This document shows, piece after piece, positions 1 to 9,800 of a DNA stretch of 64,000 bases. Position 1 is the first letter of the stretch. Every line of letters starts with the position of its first letter. The stretch is from Gemmatimonadota bacterium (lineage in GTDB: Bacteria; Gemmatimonadota; Gemmatimonadetes; Longimicrobiales; Gaopeijiaceae): positions 160,001 through 224,000 of the forward strand of contig JAXHMG010000003.1 in assembly GCA_034521595.1 (NCBI GenBank). The letters are read 5' to 3'. The notes beneath the pieces are model-generated. The model searched no databases. It was not told the origin of the DNA and worked only from the letters and a program-made list of their open reading frames with translations. A program made the position numbers and the translations under genes.

Positions 1-1
1 C

Positions 2-850
2 GACCAGGACTTCTCGGCTTGGGTCGGGAAGACGCGAGTCCGGAGGGACACGGTTTCCGCGTGGCCCGCGCAAGCGCTCGCTGCCACGTTGGACCGCGAC
101 CCCCGCGCCTTCGCCGAGGGTGTCGAGCTCCCGCACGGATGGCACTGGATGTACTTCAACGATGCCGTTCCCGCCTCCGGGCTGGGTGAGGACGGCCATG
201 AAGCCCGTGGCGGCTTCCTGCCGCCGATTCCCCTTCCGAGGAGGATGTGGGCGGGCGGGCGGATTCGCTTCCACGAGCCCGTGCGCATCGGAGAGGTGGC
301 CGAGCGCACGTCTGAGATCGAGCGCGTGCGTACGAAGCGGGGACGCTCGGGGCCCCTGGTCTTCGTCACGGTGCGACACCGGATCGTGGGGAGCGCGGGG
401 CTCGCTGTGGACGAGGAACAGGATCTGGTCTACCGGGCTCCTTCCGGAAAGGGAGCCGTGGCGAGCCCGGAGGGCGACGGCTGGAGCGCGCCCGAGGGGA
501 CCGAGATCGTGGGGCGCTTTCAGGCCGATCCCGTGACTCTGTTCCGGTTTTCGGCGCTGACGTTCAACGGGCACCGGATTCACTACGACCGGCCCTATGC
601 CACGGAGGTCGAAGGGTACCCGGACCTGGTGGTCCACGGCCCGCTGCTCGCGCTGCTCCTCCTCGACGCCGCCGAGGCTCGGACGGGGCAATCCTCGGGT
701 ATATATCACTATCGTGCGCTCGCTCCGATCTTTTGCCACGAACCCTGCGAGATCTGCGCGGCGCCCGAGTCCGCCGAGGAAGGGAGCGGCGTCAAGCTGT
801 GGGCGGCACATCCCCGTCGCGGCCCCGCAATGGAGGCGGAACTCCGATGA
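2..850 (+). CDS. MaoC/HTD2-family acyl-CoA hydratase (mesaconyl-C4-CoA/itaconyl-CoA hydratase-like), 5' end outside window
   Basis: Frame open from base 2 (DQDFSAWVGK...). Motifs LGEDGH, PRRMWAGG, LFRFSALTFNGHRIHYD, LVVHGPL. Confidence 0.85.
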   Translation, partial: DQDFSAWVGKTRVRRDTVSAWPAQALAATLDRDPRAFAEGVELPHGWHWMYFNDAVPASGLGEDGHEARGGFLPPIPLPRRMWAGGRIRFHEPVRIGEVAERTSEIERVRTKRGRSGPLVFVTVRHRIVGSAGLAVDEEQDLVYRAPSGKGAVASPEGDGWSAPEGTEIVGRFQADPVTLFRFSALTFNGHRIHYDRPYATEVEGYPDLVVHGPLLALLLLDAAEARTGQSSGIYHYRALAPIFCHEPCEICAAPESAEEGSGVKLWAAHPRRGPAMEAELR

Positions 851-3800
851 GCTCTCTCCCGCTCCGGCCCGAGGGGTTCGGCCCCCTCCGGATGCTGACG
901 TTCTCCGTGTTGCTCGGGGTGGCGCCCGTCGGCACGGAGGCGCAGGAGGCTTCCTTCGATTTGGCCGGGGTCTTCGATCTCGGGTCGGTCGTGATCGACA
1001 CGAACGACGATGACGTTCCCGATCGGCTCGACGCCTCTCTGATGCTGGGGGACGAGCCCCGTCCCGCGGCACTGGCGTCAGCGGCCGAGATCTCCGCCCG
1101 GTTGGGCTTCGAGACGATGGCGCTGGACCTACCGGTGGCCCGGGGCGCGACCCCGGAAGGTGTGTCCGTCGTCGTCGGGCGAGGTGGGCTCGCCGTATCG
1201 GGCCTCGACCGGCCGGGCGTGGATCCCGCTTCGCTCGACGCGGGGGAGGGCGTCGTCGCGACCGTGTCCGAGAACGGCCGCCGCTGGTTGCTGGTTCTCG
1301 GGGGTGACGACGAAGGGCTCCTTGCGGCCGGCCGGTTACTCGCCGGCGTCATGCCGCACACCCGGACGCTCTCGTCGCCGACGCTCGCCGAGGTCCGGGA
1401 CGACGTCCTGACCATCCTCGCCGCCGACGAGGTCACTCCGGAGGTGGTGCGCGTCGCTCAGGCGCGTGCTCGCTCGGGGACGGAAGGTGTCGAGCGGTTG
1501 GTCTTGGAGCTCGATGTCGGAGCGGAGGATCGGGTGCGCGCGGTGCGCGCATTGCGGGACTTTCCCGGACCGGACGTCGGGGAGGATCCGCTGGCGCACC
1601 CGGGCCTCGGCTCCGTGGAGGTGCGCATCGGCACGTCGACCGTGAGGCTCGACGGCAGGGCCACGACCCCGGAAGCCGGCCCGGTGCTGGACCGGCCGGG
1701 CAGCGGGGCCAAGGACGAGATGGACCTCTCCAACCTGCTTTCGCCCGCCGGCTTGCTCGGAGATTCCGACAACAACCTGATTCCCGACCGCGTGGATGCC
1801 GTGGTCGCCACGGGCAGCGTCGGGGTGAGCGGGCTCCCCGATCTGACCGCCCGGTTGGGGCTGGAATCCACCGGCCTGGTCGTTCCGCTCGTCGAGCTCG
1901 CCGAGGCGGTGGACGAGCCGGCTTCCCGCCCGACACTCGTTTTGACCGGCTCGGACAACGTGCTCACGCAGGAGTTGGCCGATAGCGGAAGGATCGACCT
2001 CTCCGGACTGGAGGCGGGCGAGGGTATCCTTCAGGTCGTGCCGGACGCGTTCGGGTCCAAGCCCGCGCTCGTCGTGACGGGCGGTGACCGAGAGGGAGCG
2101 CGGCGGGCCGCGGAGCACCTCGCCGTGACATATCCGAATCTGCGGGAGCGAGGGACCGACCGGCCCACCCTCGACGAGGTGGAGCGGGTCCTGTGGCACG
2201 CCTTGGCCGGCCACGCGCCGGAGGGCCAGGCCGCCATCGGCATGTACAAGCTCGGACAGATCGCCGACAGCCTCGACGCTCGTGACCTCGAGTCGGTGAG
2301 GGTCACCTTGTCGGTCGACCGTGCCGACCCGCGGCTCGAGCGATATCTGGAAGGGCGCGTGGCCGAGCGGTTCGGAGCCGGCGTGGCCACCGAGGTCCAC
2401 GTCGACGACCGCGACGTCCGCTTCGCTTCCCCCATCTATGAGGACGAGCTGACGCTCCCCTCCGAGGTCGAGCGGTTCCGGACCTTGGTCGAGGAACGGT
2501 TGGTCCCCCAAGTGCGGGACGGCTCACCGGTGCGGGTGGAAGCTCGGCTGAGCGAGCCTCCGGCGGTCCGGCGGGGGCTGGCCGAGGAGACGCGGGCCAC
2601 GCTCATGGCGGCGGGCGCGGATCCGGACCGGACCGAAGTCACCGTGCTCAGTGCCTTCAAGCAGGGGTATTCGTGGATCGACGAGGTCGTGCGCCCGCGG
2701 CTCGTCGATGAGGAGATCGGCGAGATCCGGATTCGCTTCCTCCGGAACGATCCGCCGGACGATTGGCCACAGCAGGCCATGCACACCCCGGTGCGCTGGC
2801 TCCACGAGATCTATCCCGTCGACGAGGTTCTTGCCGAGGATCTCGGGCTCGACATGGATCGGATCGTGTTCGAGGAAGTGGAGGAGGGGCCGGTGTACGA
2901 GGTCGTCGTCACGGATCCCGGTGGCGAACGGATCTTGCGGGAGACCTTCGATCCCAAGTGGATCCTGCGTCCCTATTTCGACCGCTTCCGGGATTACGAG
3001 CAAGTTCGTGTGACGACCGGCTGGCTTCACGCGGCGAGCGGGGACCGGACGCTCGTGGACGAGCGGATCCGTACCGACCCCGAAGCGTTCTGGGACTACT
3101 ACCAAGCGGAGGTCCTCCCGGCGCTCTACGACTATGTCATGGATCGCCATGACGGTCTTCCTCGAGGTGGGTCCGTCGATGCGCCCTATTTCGGGGAGCT
3201 GGCCGTCGAGGTCGGCATGAGCGAGCCGAACTATCGGCTCGGAGTGGACAACGAGATCCACGCGCCCATGGATGCGCTGCACGAAGAGATCTACTTCGGC
3301 ACCCTCGAGTTTTTCGAGCTCCTCGGGCGCAACGCGGGCGGGGAGGGCCTTTCTTATCCTGGAAGAGTCTTGCCCGTGATGCGCCCCAGAGGCGACGGGG
3401 AGCCGGCCCGGGTCGAGGTGCGGGCGACCGGATTCGCGACCTCTCGGCCGGCCGTGGTCGTCGAGTACCGGGAGCGGTCCGGGCGCGAGGGAGAGCTTCG
3501 ACTCGATATCCCCGAAACGACGCTCGAGCGTCCGTCCGCCCGGATGGCCCGGATTGCCGCTGCCGGCGGACTTTCGCACCTGGCGCTGCGAGTGCGGGTC
3601 GATACCGATGCCGACATGCGTGACAGCCTCCTCACGCACGCGCCTCCGCGCAGGGTCGATCGAACGATGGTCTCGGCCGAGCAGGTGACCGCGACGGTCG
3701 AGGAGCTCGAGGCGTTGCGCGCTGCCGGACTCTACACGTCCGCGCTGGCCTTCCCTGGACTCGGTTCCCTCGAGGTTCGCGCCGAATGGACCCACGAGGA

Positions 3801-5082
3801 GAATCCCGAGGCGCGTCGCACGGCCGTCCTGGCCCCGAACGGGACCCCCGAGCCGCTTCCGGATCCGGCGACGCTCGTGCCCGACGACTGGCGCTACGGC
3901 GGTGAACGGCTCGTCCAGTGGGAGACGCCCATCCCACCGGCCGAGGGCCACGAGCTGGTGGGCAAGATGGCGGCGACGTTCGAGGAAGCTTCGGCGTACA
4001 GGGTCGGCAAGAGCTATCTGGGCCGGGAGATCTGGGCCATGGACCTCATGTCGCCCGTCCAGGCGACGCACTGGTCCCGCGCCAAGGCGACGACCTTCAA
4101 GCCCACCGTGATCTATTCCGCGAGGGAGCACGCCAACGAGGTCTCGTCGACGAGCCACGTCCTGCGGCATGCGGAGCTGCTGCTCACGGACTCCGCAGGC
4201 CGACGGAAGCTGGACCGTGTGAACGTGGTCATCCATCCGTTCACCAACCCCGACGGAGCCCAGCTCGCTTACGACCTGTACGGCATCACCCCGGACTACA
4301 TCCTGCACGCCGGCTATCTGGGGTCGCTCGGGCAAGGTGCCACGGCCGGCTCGGAGGATGATCATCCCATCTATCCGGAAGCCCCCTTGAGGGACCGTCT
4401 CTGGGAGGTGTGGCTCCCCGACATCTTTCTGAATCCGCACGGATACCCGTCCCATCAGGTCGTGCAACTCTTCTCGGAGTATACGGGCCTCGTCCGGCGG
4501 GGGCGCGTGACGGAGCGGAACTGGGGGTTCAACAAGGGATGGTTCATGCCGGGCTTCGGATACGTGGACGATCCGGATCTTCCCAGGCACAAGGACGCCG
4601 CGTTCCGAATCCGTGACTACATCACGGAGGCCATCAACGCGGAATCGGATGTCGTGGCGCTGAACCGCCGCGCGTACGACCGTTACGTGCGCTACGGAGC
4701 GCGCTTCGATCCGGAGGTGTTCCGACTCCCGCTCGTCGACGACGTCCTGATCGAGATGCCTCTCAAGGGGCGGAGTAGCGATGGGGGCGGCCGAAACCCC
4801 CGCGTCACGATCTGGAGCGGGACCACGGAGGCGCCCGACGAGACCGCTTACGGGCCGTGGATGGAGCTCGTGGCCAGCGCGGGCCTCGCATGGGATCAGG
4901 CCATTCTCGACTATCTCTACGATGGCGACCATGGCGTAGAACGGTCCGGGTCCACATTCTTCGGTGGAGTGAGCCTCCGTATGAACCGCCCTCGTCCCCC
5001 CGAGGACGCGGAGGACGGGGACGGCGCGGTCGCCGAGGACGCGGCCGGCGATCCTGGCCCCGAGGACCCGGGCAACCGGTGA
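847..5082 (+). CDS. Large secreted M14-family zinc carboxypeptidase (~1411 aa)
   Basis: ATG 847 overlaps upstream TGA (ATGA). Signal-peptide-like N-terminus. C-terminal REHANE (HxxE), NPDG and NPHGYPSH motifs. Confidence 0.8.
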   Translation: MSSLPLRPEGFGPLRMLTFSVLLGVAPVGTEAQEASFDLAGVFDLGSVVIDTNDDDVPDRLDASLMLGDEPRPAALASAAEISARLGFETMALDLPVARGATPEGVSVVVGRGGLAVSGLDRPGVDPASLDAGEGVVATVSENGRRWLLVLGGDDEGLLAAGRLLAGVMPHTRTLSSPTLAEVRDDVLTILAADEVTPEVVRVAQARARSGTEGVERLVLELDVGAEDRVRAVRALRDFPGPDVGEDPLAHPGLGSVEVRIGTSTVRLDGRATTPEAGPVLDRPGSGAKDEMDLSNLLSPAGLLGDSDNNLIPDRVDAVVATGSVGVSGLPDLTARLGLESTGLVVPLVELAEAVDEPASRPTLVLTGSDNVLTQELADSGRIDLSGLEAGEGILQVVPDAFGSKPALVVTGGDREGARRAAEHLAVTYPNLRERGTDRPTLDEVERVLWHALAGHAPEGQAAIGMYKLGQIADSLDARDLESVRVTLSVDRADPRLERYLEGRVAERFGAGVATEVHVDDRDVRFASPIYEDELTLPSEVERFRTLVEERLVPQVRDGSPVRVEARLSEPPAVRRGLAEETRATLMAAGADPDRTEVTVLSAFKQGYSWIDEVVRPRLVDEEIGEIRIRFLRNDPPDDWPQQAMHTPVRWLHEIYPVDEVLAEDLGLDMDRIVFEEVEEGPVYEVVVTDPGGERILRETFDPKWILRPYFDRFRDYEQVRVTTGWLHAASGDRTLVDERIRTDPEAFWDYYQAEVLPALYDYVMDRHDGLPRGGSVDAPYFGELAVEVGMSEPNYRLGVDNEIHAPMDALHEEIYFGTLEFFELLGRNAGGEGLSYPGRVLPVMRPRGDGEPARVEVRATGFATSRPAVVVEYRERSGREGELRLDIPETTLERPSARMARIAAAGGLSHLALRVRVDTDADMRDSLLTHAPPRRVDRTMVSAEQVTATVEELEALRAAGLYTSALAFPGLGSLEVRAEWTHEENPEARRTAVLAPNGTPEPLPDPATLVPDDWRYGGERLVQWETPIPPAEGHELVGKMAATFEEASAYRVGKSYLGREIWAMDLMSPVQATHWSRAKATTFKPTVIYSAREHANEVSSTSHVLRHAELLLTDSAGRRKLDRVNVVIHPFTNPDGAQLAYDLYGITPDYILHAGYLGSLGQGATAGSEDDHPIYPEAPLRDRLWEVWLPDIFLNPHGYPSHQVVQLFSEYTGLVRRGRVTERNWGFNKGWFMPGFGYVDDPDLPRHKDAAFRIRDYITEAINAESDVVALNRRAYDRYVRYGARFDPEVFRLPLVDDVLIEMPLKGRSSDGGGRNPRVTIWSGTTEAPDETAYGPWMELVASAGLAWDQAILDYLYDGDHGVERSGSTFFGGVSLRMNRPRPPEDAEDGDGAVAEDAAGDPGPEDPGNR

Positions 5083-5205
5083 GACCGGCATGGAGCCCGG
5101 GGTCGCGGCGAGCGGATGGGAAGTTACAATACAACGGAGGCAAGACCGGCCGTTCCGGCCGGACTCGAACGCGACCTTCGACCCTCTACCTGTGAAAGGA
5201 ACGCC

Positions 5206-5694
5206 ATGAAGCACGCGCTCAAGCTCTCACTGATGCTCGCCATCGCCGCCGGTGCGTGCGGCGACGCCTCGCCCGACATGGACTCCGCCCCGGGCACCGA
5301 AGCGACCCCGTCCGAGGGGGCGCCGCAGCCACCGGAGCCGACGGATGAGCCCATCGGAACGGTCAGCATCGTCCAGCCCGCCGAGGGGGCCGAAGTCGAA
5401 GGACCGTCGGTGGAAGTCGAGCTCGACGTTTCCGGGTTTCCGATCGTGGAGGCGGGGGACATGACGCCTCGAACGGGCCACCATCACCTCTATCTCGATG
5501 CCGACCTCACACCGGCGGAACAGCCCGTGCCGACGGTCGAGGGAAGCATCATCCACATGGGCGAAGGCGGCTCGACCTACACGTTCGAGAACGTGGAGCC
5601 GGGAGAGCACCGGCTCATCGCGGTGGTCGCGGACGGTGCGCACTTTCCCGTGCAGCCCTGGGTGGTGGACACCGTGACGTTCCGGGTCCGGTGA
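5206..5694 (+). CDS. DUF4399-like His-rich lipoprotein
   Basis: Lipobox AGAC. Motifs GHHHLYLD, IHMGEG, PGEHRL, DGAH. Confidence 0.7.
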   Translation: MKHALKLSLMLAIAAGACGDASPDMDSAPGTEATPSEGAPQPPEPTDEPIGTVSIVQPAEGAEVEGPSVEVELDVSGFPIVEAGDMTPRTGHHHLYLDADLTPAEQPVPTVEGSIIHMGEGGSTYTFENVEPGEHRLIAVVADGAHFPVQPWVVDTVTFRVR

Positions 5695-5872
5695 GCCGGT
5701 ACCGGCTCACCGCTTTCTCCACACGCATTGGTGGCGTGAGCACGATTCGCGTCGTATGCTGTGGGCACGATACGCTGGAAGTGAGAGTGAACGCTCAGCA
5801 CTTTCGCGTCGGAATGTGTGTTAATTAGTGAAGATCAGATCACTCTGCGTAACGCGCTAAGCTGAGGAACGC

Positions 5873-8320
5873 ATGAACGCTGCAACACCCACGATACTCG
5901 TCGCCGGCTTGCTCCTGCTAGGATTGGCCGTGGAGCCGAACGACGAGACCCCATCCGCCGAGCCGTCGGCCGTGGCCGTGGAGCATGAGGCGACCGAGGC
6001 GAATCTCGACCAGTCCCTCAACGAGGTAGTGGATCAGTACTGCGTTCGGTGCCACAGCGAGCGTCGGATGACAGGCAACCTCACCCTCGAGGACTTCGAT
6101 GCCGCGGCGCCGGAACAGGACGCCCAGACGGCCGAGCGCGTCATCCACAAGCTGCGGGCGGGAATGATGCCCCCGGCTGGCGCACGGCGTCCTCCGGAGG
6201 ACTCGCTGACCCTCCTCGCCTCCAGCCTCGAGACGCGCATCGACGAGGCGGCCGCCGGGGATCCCAATCCGGGGCGGCGCACGTTCCAACGGATGACCAC
6301 CTCCGACTACGAAAGGTCGATCCGCGACCTGTTCGGCCTCGAAGTGGACGCTTCGGCGTTCCTCCCGGGCGAGACCATGAGCGACAACTTCGACAACATC
6401 GCGGACGTGCAGATGTTGTCGGCCACGCTCATGGAGGGCTATTTGAAGGCTGCTGCCCACGTCGCACGGGCCGCGGTCGGCGATCGGTCGGCGAGTGCCT
6501 CGTCGAGCGTCTACAAGGTCGACAAGACGCGCTCGCAGATGGAGCATATCGAGGGCACGCCACTCGGCACGCGCGGAGGCACCTCGGTCCTCCACAACTT
6601 CCCTGCCGACGGGGACTACGTTTTTCAGGTGGATCTGCACGCTATTCCCACCGGGCAGCTCTACGGCTCCACCTCGCAGGACGAGCAGCTCGAGATCTCC
6701 ATCAATGGGGAACGGGTCGCCGTCTTGGAGGTCGATCGCTGGTCTACGGAGTCCGACCCGAGCGGTCATCGCATGGAGACGCCCCCGATCCACGTGGAGG
6801 CGGGTCAGCACCGCGTGGCCGCGGCGTTCGTGCAGAAGATCGAAGGACCGGTGATCGACCTCATCAAGCCGGTCGATTACACGCTCGCGGACTCCCAGAT
6901 CGGGTCCGACTACGGGGTGACGACCGCGCCGCACCTACGCGACCTGGTCATCACCGGTCCATTCCGCGTGAGCGGGGTTTCGAACACCGAGAGCCGGAGC
7001 CGAATCTTCACCTGCCGGCCGACCTCGCCCGAGGATGAGCGGCCATGCGCCGAATCCATCATCGAGAGGCTCGCCGAACAGGCGTATCGCCGTCCGCTTC
7101 GGAACGACGACCTCGAGAGCTTGATGTCCTTCTACGAGGACGGACGACAGGACGGCGGCTTCGAGGGCGGAATTCGCCGCGCGATCCAGGCGATGCTCGC
7201 GAGCCCGCACTTCGTGTTCCGGCTCGAGCAGACCAACGTGGACGCGGACGAACGCGAGATCTACGAGGTCGCGGACATGGATCTGGCCTCCAGGCTCTCG
7301 TTCTTCCTATGGGCCGCGCCGCCGGACGAGGAGTTGATCCGGGTCGCGAGCGAAGGCAAGCTGTCCGACGAAGAGGTCCTCGAGGAGCAGACCCTCCGAA
7401 TGCTGGAGGACCCACGGGCCGAAGCCCTGTCCACGCGCTTCGCGTCGCAGTGGCTGCGGCTCCAGGACCTCGACAAGATCCATCCGGACGCGCAGCACTT
7501 CCCGTACTGGGATCAGGCGCTGACGCAAGCGATGAAGAGGGAAACCCAGCTCCTCTTCCAGCACCTCGTCGAGGAAAATGGAAGCCTCATGGACCTCCTG
7601 ACGGCGGATTACAGCTTCGTCAACGAGCGGTTGGCCCGGCACTACGGGATTCCCCGCGTGTCCGGTGAGGATTTCCAGCGCGTGGCGCTGCGGAACGAGC
7701 ACCGCCGCGGACTGCTCGGACACGGAAGCATCCTGATGATGACCTCGCACGCGAATCGCACCTCACCGGTGCTTCGCGGAAAGTGGGTCATGGAGGTTCT
7801 GCTGGGATCTCCGCCGCCGCCGCCGCCGCCCAACGTGCCGTCACTCGACGAGTCGTCCGACGAGGCCCAGGAGGGGCGTACGCTGACTACTCGTGAGCGT
7901 ATGGCACAGCACCGGGACAACCCCGCGTGCGAGTCGTGCCACAGCGTCATCGACCCGATCGGGCTCGCGTTGGAGAACTTCGACGTGACCGGCGCTTGGC
8001 GGATCAAGGAGAACGGGAACCCGATCGATGCCAGGGGTGAGCTCTACGACGGGACTTCGATCGAGAACCCGAGCGATCTGCGCGAGGCGATCCTGGAACG
8101 ACCCTCGGTCTTCGTCCGGACGTTCACGAAGAACATGATGGCGTACGCGCTGGGTCGCCGCGTGGAGTACTACGACATGCCGACGGTGCGCAGCATCGAG
8201 GCCGAGGCGAAAGAAAACGATTACCGCATGTCCTCGTTCATCCTGGGCGTGGTGAAGAGCCCCGCCTTCCGGATGGCCCGCGCCGAAACGGTCGCGGAGC
8301 AGGACGCACAGCAGCAGTAG
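5873..8320 (+). CDS. DUF1592-family (PSD1-5 domain) cytochrome c-like protein
   Basis: Signal peptide. CVRCH and CESCH heme motifs. GMMPP, LASRLSFFLW, TSPVLRGKWV, PPPPPPNVP, LENFD. Confidence 0.85.
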   Translation: MNAATPTILVAGLLLLGLAVEPNDETPSAEPSAVAVEHEATEANLDQSLNEVVDQYCVRCHSERRMTGNLTLEDFDAAAPEQDAQTAERVIHKLRAGMMPPAGARRPPEDSLTLLASSLETRIDEAAAGDPNPGRRTFQRMTTSDYERSIRDLFGLEVDASAFLPGETMSDNFDNIADVQMLSATLMEGYLKAAAHVARAAVGDRSASASSSVYKVDKTRSQMEHIEGTPLGTRGGTSVLHNFPADGDYVFQVDLHAIPTGQLYGSTSQDEQLEISINGERVAVLEVDRWSTESDPSGHRMETPPIHVEAGQHRVAAAFVQKIEGPVIDLIKPVDYTLADSQIGSDYGVTTAPHLRDLVITGPFRVSGVSNTESRSRIFTCRPTSPEDERPCAESIIERLAEQAYRRPLRNDDLESLMSFYEDGRQDGGFEGGIRRAIQAMLASPHFVFRLEQTNVDADEREIYEVADMDLASRLSFFLWAAPPDEELIRVASEGKLSDEEVLEEQTLRMLEDPRAEALSTRFASQWLRLQDLDKIHPDAQHFPYWDQALTQAMKRETQLLFQHLVEENGSLMDLLTADYSFVNERLARHYGIPRVSGEDFQRVALRNEHRRGLLGHGSILMMTSHANRTSPVLRGKWVMEVLLGSPPPPPPPNVPSLDESSDEAQEGRTLTTRERMAQHRDNPACESCHSVIDPIGLALENFDVTGAWRIKENGNPIDARGELYDGTSIENPSDLREAILERPSVFVRTFTKNMMAYALGRRVEYYDMPTVRSIEAEAKENDYRMSSFILGVVKSPAFRMARAETVAEQDAQQQ

Positions 8321-8374
8321 ACCCTCTCGAACGATAGACGACGATCAGTACCTCTAGCCAGGAGACAACCAAAG

Positions 8375-9781
8375 ATGTTCCTGACACAAAAGCACCTTCC
8401 GCGTCGAACTTTCCTGAGGGGCATGGGCGCCTCGGTGGCGCTCCCGTTGCTGGACGCCATGACTCCCGCGGGGAGGCCGTGGACGGATTCCATGAAGGAA
8501 GCGGAGAAGACCCGTTTCGTCGGGATCGAGATGGTCCACGGCGCCGCGGGCTCGAATGAGTGGGGCGCCGAGCAGAACCTCTGGGCCCCGGCACAGGTGG
8601 GTCGGAACTTCGACCTTTCGCCGAGCGTCCTGCGGCAACTCGAGTCGTATCGCGACTATCTCACGATCGTGAGCAACACGGACGTGAGAATGGCCGAGGC
8701 GTTCGAGCCCAAGGAGATCGGAGGTGACCACTTCCGTTCGAGCGCGGTGTTCCTGACGCAGTCGCATCCGAAGCAGACGGAAGGCTCCGATGTGTACGTC
8801 GGAACCTCGATGGATCAGCTCTACGCTCAACGGTTCGGTCAGGACACGCCGATTCCCTCCATGCAGCTCTGCATCGAGAACGTGGATCAGGCTGGCGGCT
8901 GCGCCTACGGCTATGCGTGCGTCTACACGGACACCGTGAGCTGGAAGTCGCCTACCGAGCCCCTGCCGATGATCCGTGATCCGCGGGTCGCGTTCGATCA
9001 GATCTTCGGCGCCGGAGCGACCGCAGAGGAGCGGGCGGACCGCATGAAGACGAACCGGAGCATCCTCGACTGGGTGGCCGGTGAAGTGAGCGGTCTCAAG
9101 CAGACCCTGGGTCCGACGGACCGTAGACGCATGGATCAGTATCTCGAGAACATCCGTGACATCGAGAAACGGATCCAGCGGATCGAGGAACGAAACCGGA
9201 GCGGGGAGATCCGCGACTTGGCTGGCGCCCCCGCGGGCGTGCCCGACGACTTCGAAGAGCACGTCAAGCTGATGTTCGACATCCAGGTGCTGGCCTTCGA
9301 GTCCGACATGACCCGCGTCTTCTCGTTCAAGATGGGACGTGACGGTTCCGGACGCGTCTATCCCGAAAGCGGTGTCGACAACGGCTTCCACCAAGCGTCG
9401 CACCACGGTGGCACGCCGGAGCGCGTCATGGATTTCGCCAAGATCAACGAGTACCACGTCGGGCTCTTGCCGTACTTCCTCGAGCGACTGAAGGAATCGA
9501 CGGAAGGCGACTCGAACCTGCTCGAGAAGACCATGATCGCGTACGGGTCGCCGATGGCGGACAGCAACATCCACAACCATCGTCGCTGCCCGCTCATGTT
9601 CCTTGGTGGAGGCAATGGCGCGCTGCCGAAGGGTGGGGTCCATCTGAAGGCCCCCGACGGCACACCGATGGCGAATGTATTGCTTGGCGCGTTGCACGGG
9701 CTCGGACTCGATGACCGCGAGGAGTTCGGTGACAGCACCAGTGACTTCCCGTTGTCCGTGCCGGCAACGACGGCACTTTGA
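8375..9781 (+). CDS. DUF1552 (HXXSHH) family protein with Tat signal
   Basis: PRRTFLRG Tat motif, LPLLDAM, SMDQ, FHQASHH. Directly follows the DUF1592 gene, SD AGGAG. Confidence 0.85.
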   Translation: MFLTQKHLPRRTFLRGMGASVALPLLDAMTPAGRPWTDSMKEAEKTRFVGIEMVHGAAGSNEWGAEQNLWAPAQVGRNFDLSPSVLRQLESYRDYLTIVSNTDVRMAEAFEPKEIGGDHFRSSAVFLTQSHPKQTEGSDVYVGTSMDQLYAQRFGQDTPIPSMQLCIENVDQAGGCAYGYACVYTDTVSWKSPTEPLPMIRDPRVAFDQIFGAGATAEERADRMKTNRSILDWVAGEVSGLKQTLGPTDRRRMDQYLENIRDIEKRIQRIEERNRSGEIRDLAGAPAGVPDDFEEHVKLMFDIQVLAFESDMTRVFSFKMGRDGSGRVYPESGVDNGFHQASHHGGTPERVMDFAKINEYHVGLLPYFLERLKESTEGDSNLLEKTMIAYGSPMADSNIHNHRRCPLMFLGGGNGALPKGGVHLKAPDGTPMANVLLGALHGLGLDDREEFGDSTSDFPLSVPATTAL

Positions 9782-9800
9782 GCGTAATTGGGGAGAGACG

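Noticed and set aside
2524-5214. Long antisense ORFs (896 aa here; also 8354-9952, 35450-37501, 51972-54737 and others)
   Set aside because: Shadow frames of GC-rich genes, Arg/Gly/Pro-rich and without recognisable motifs.
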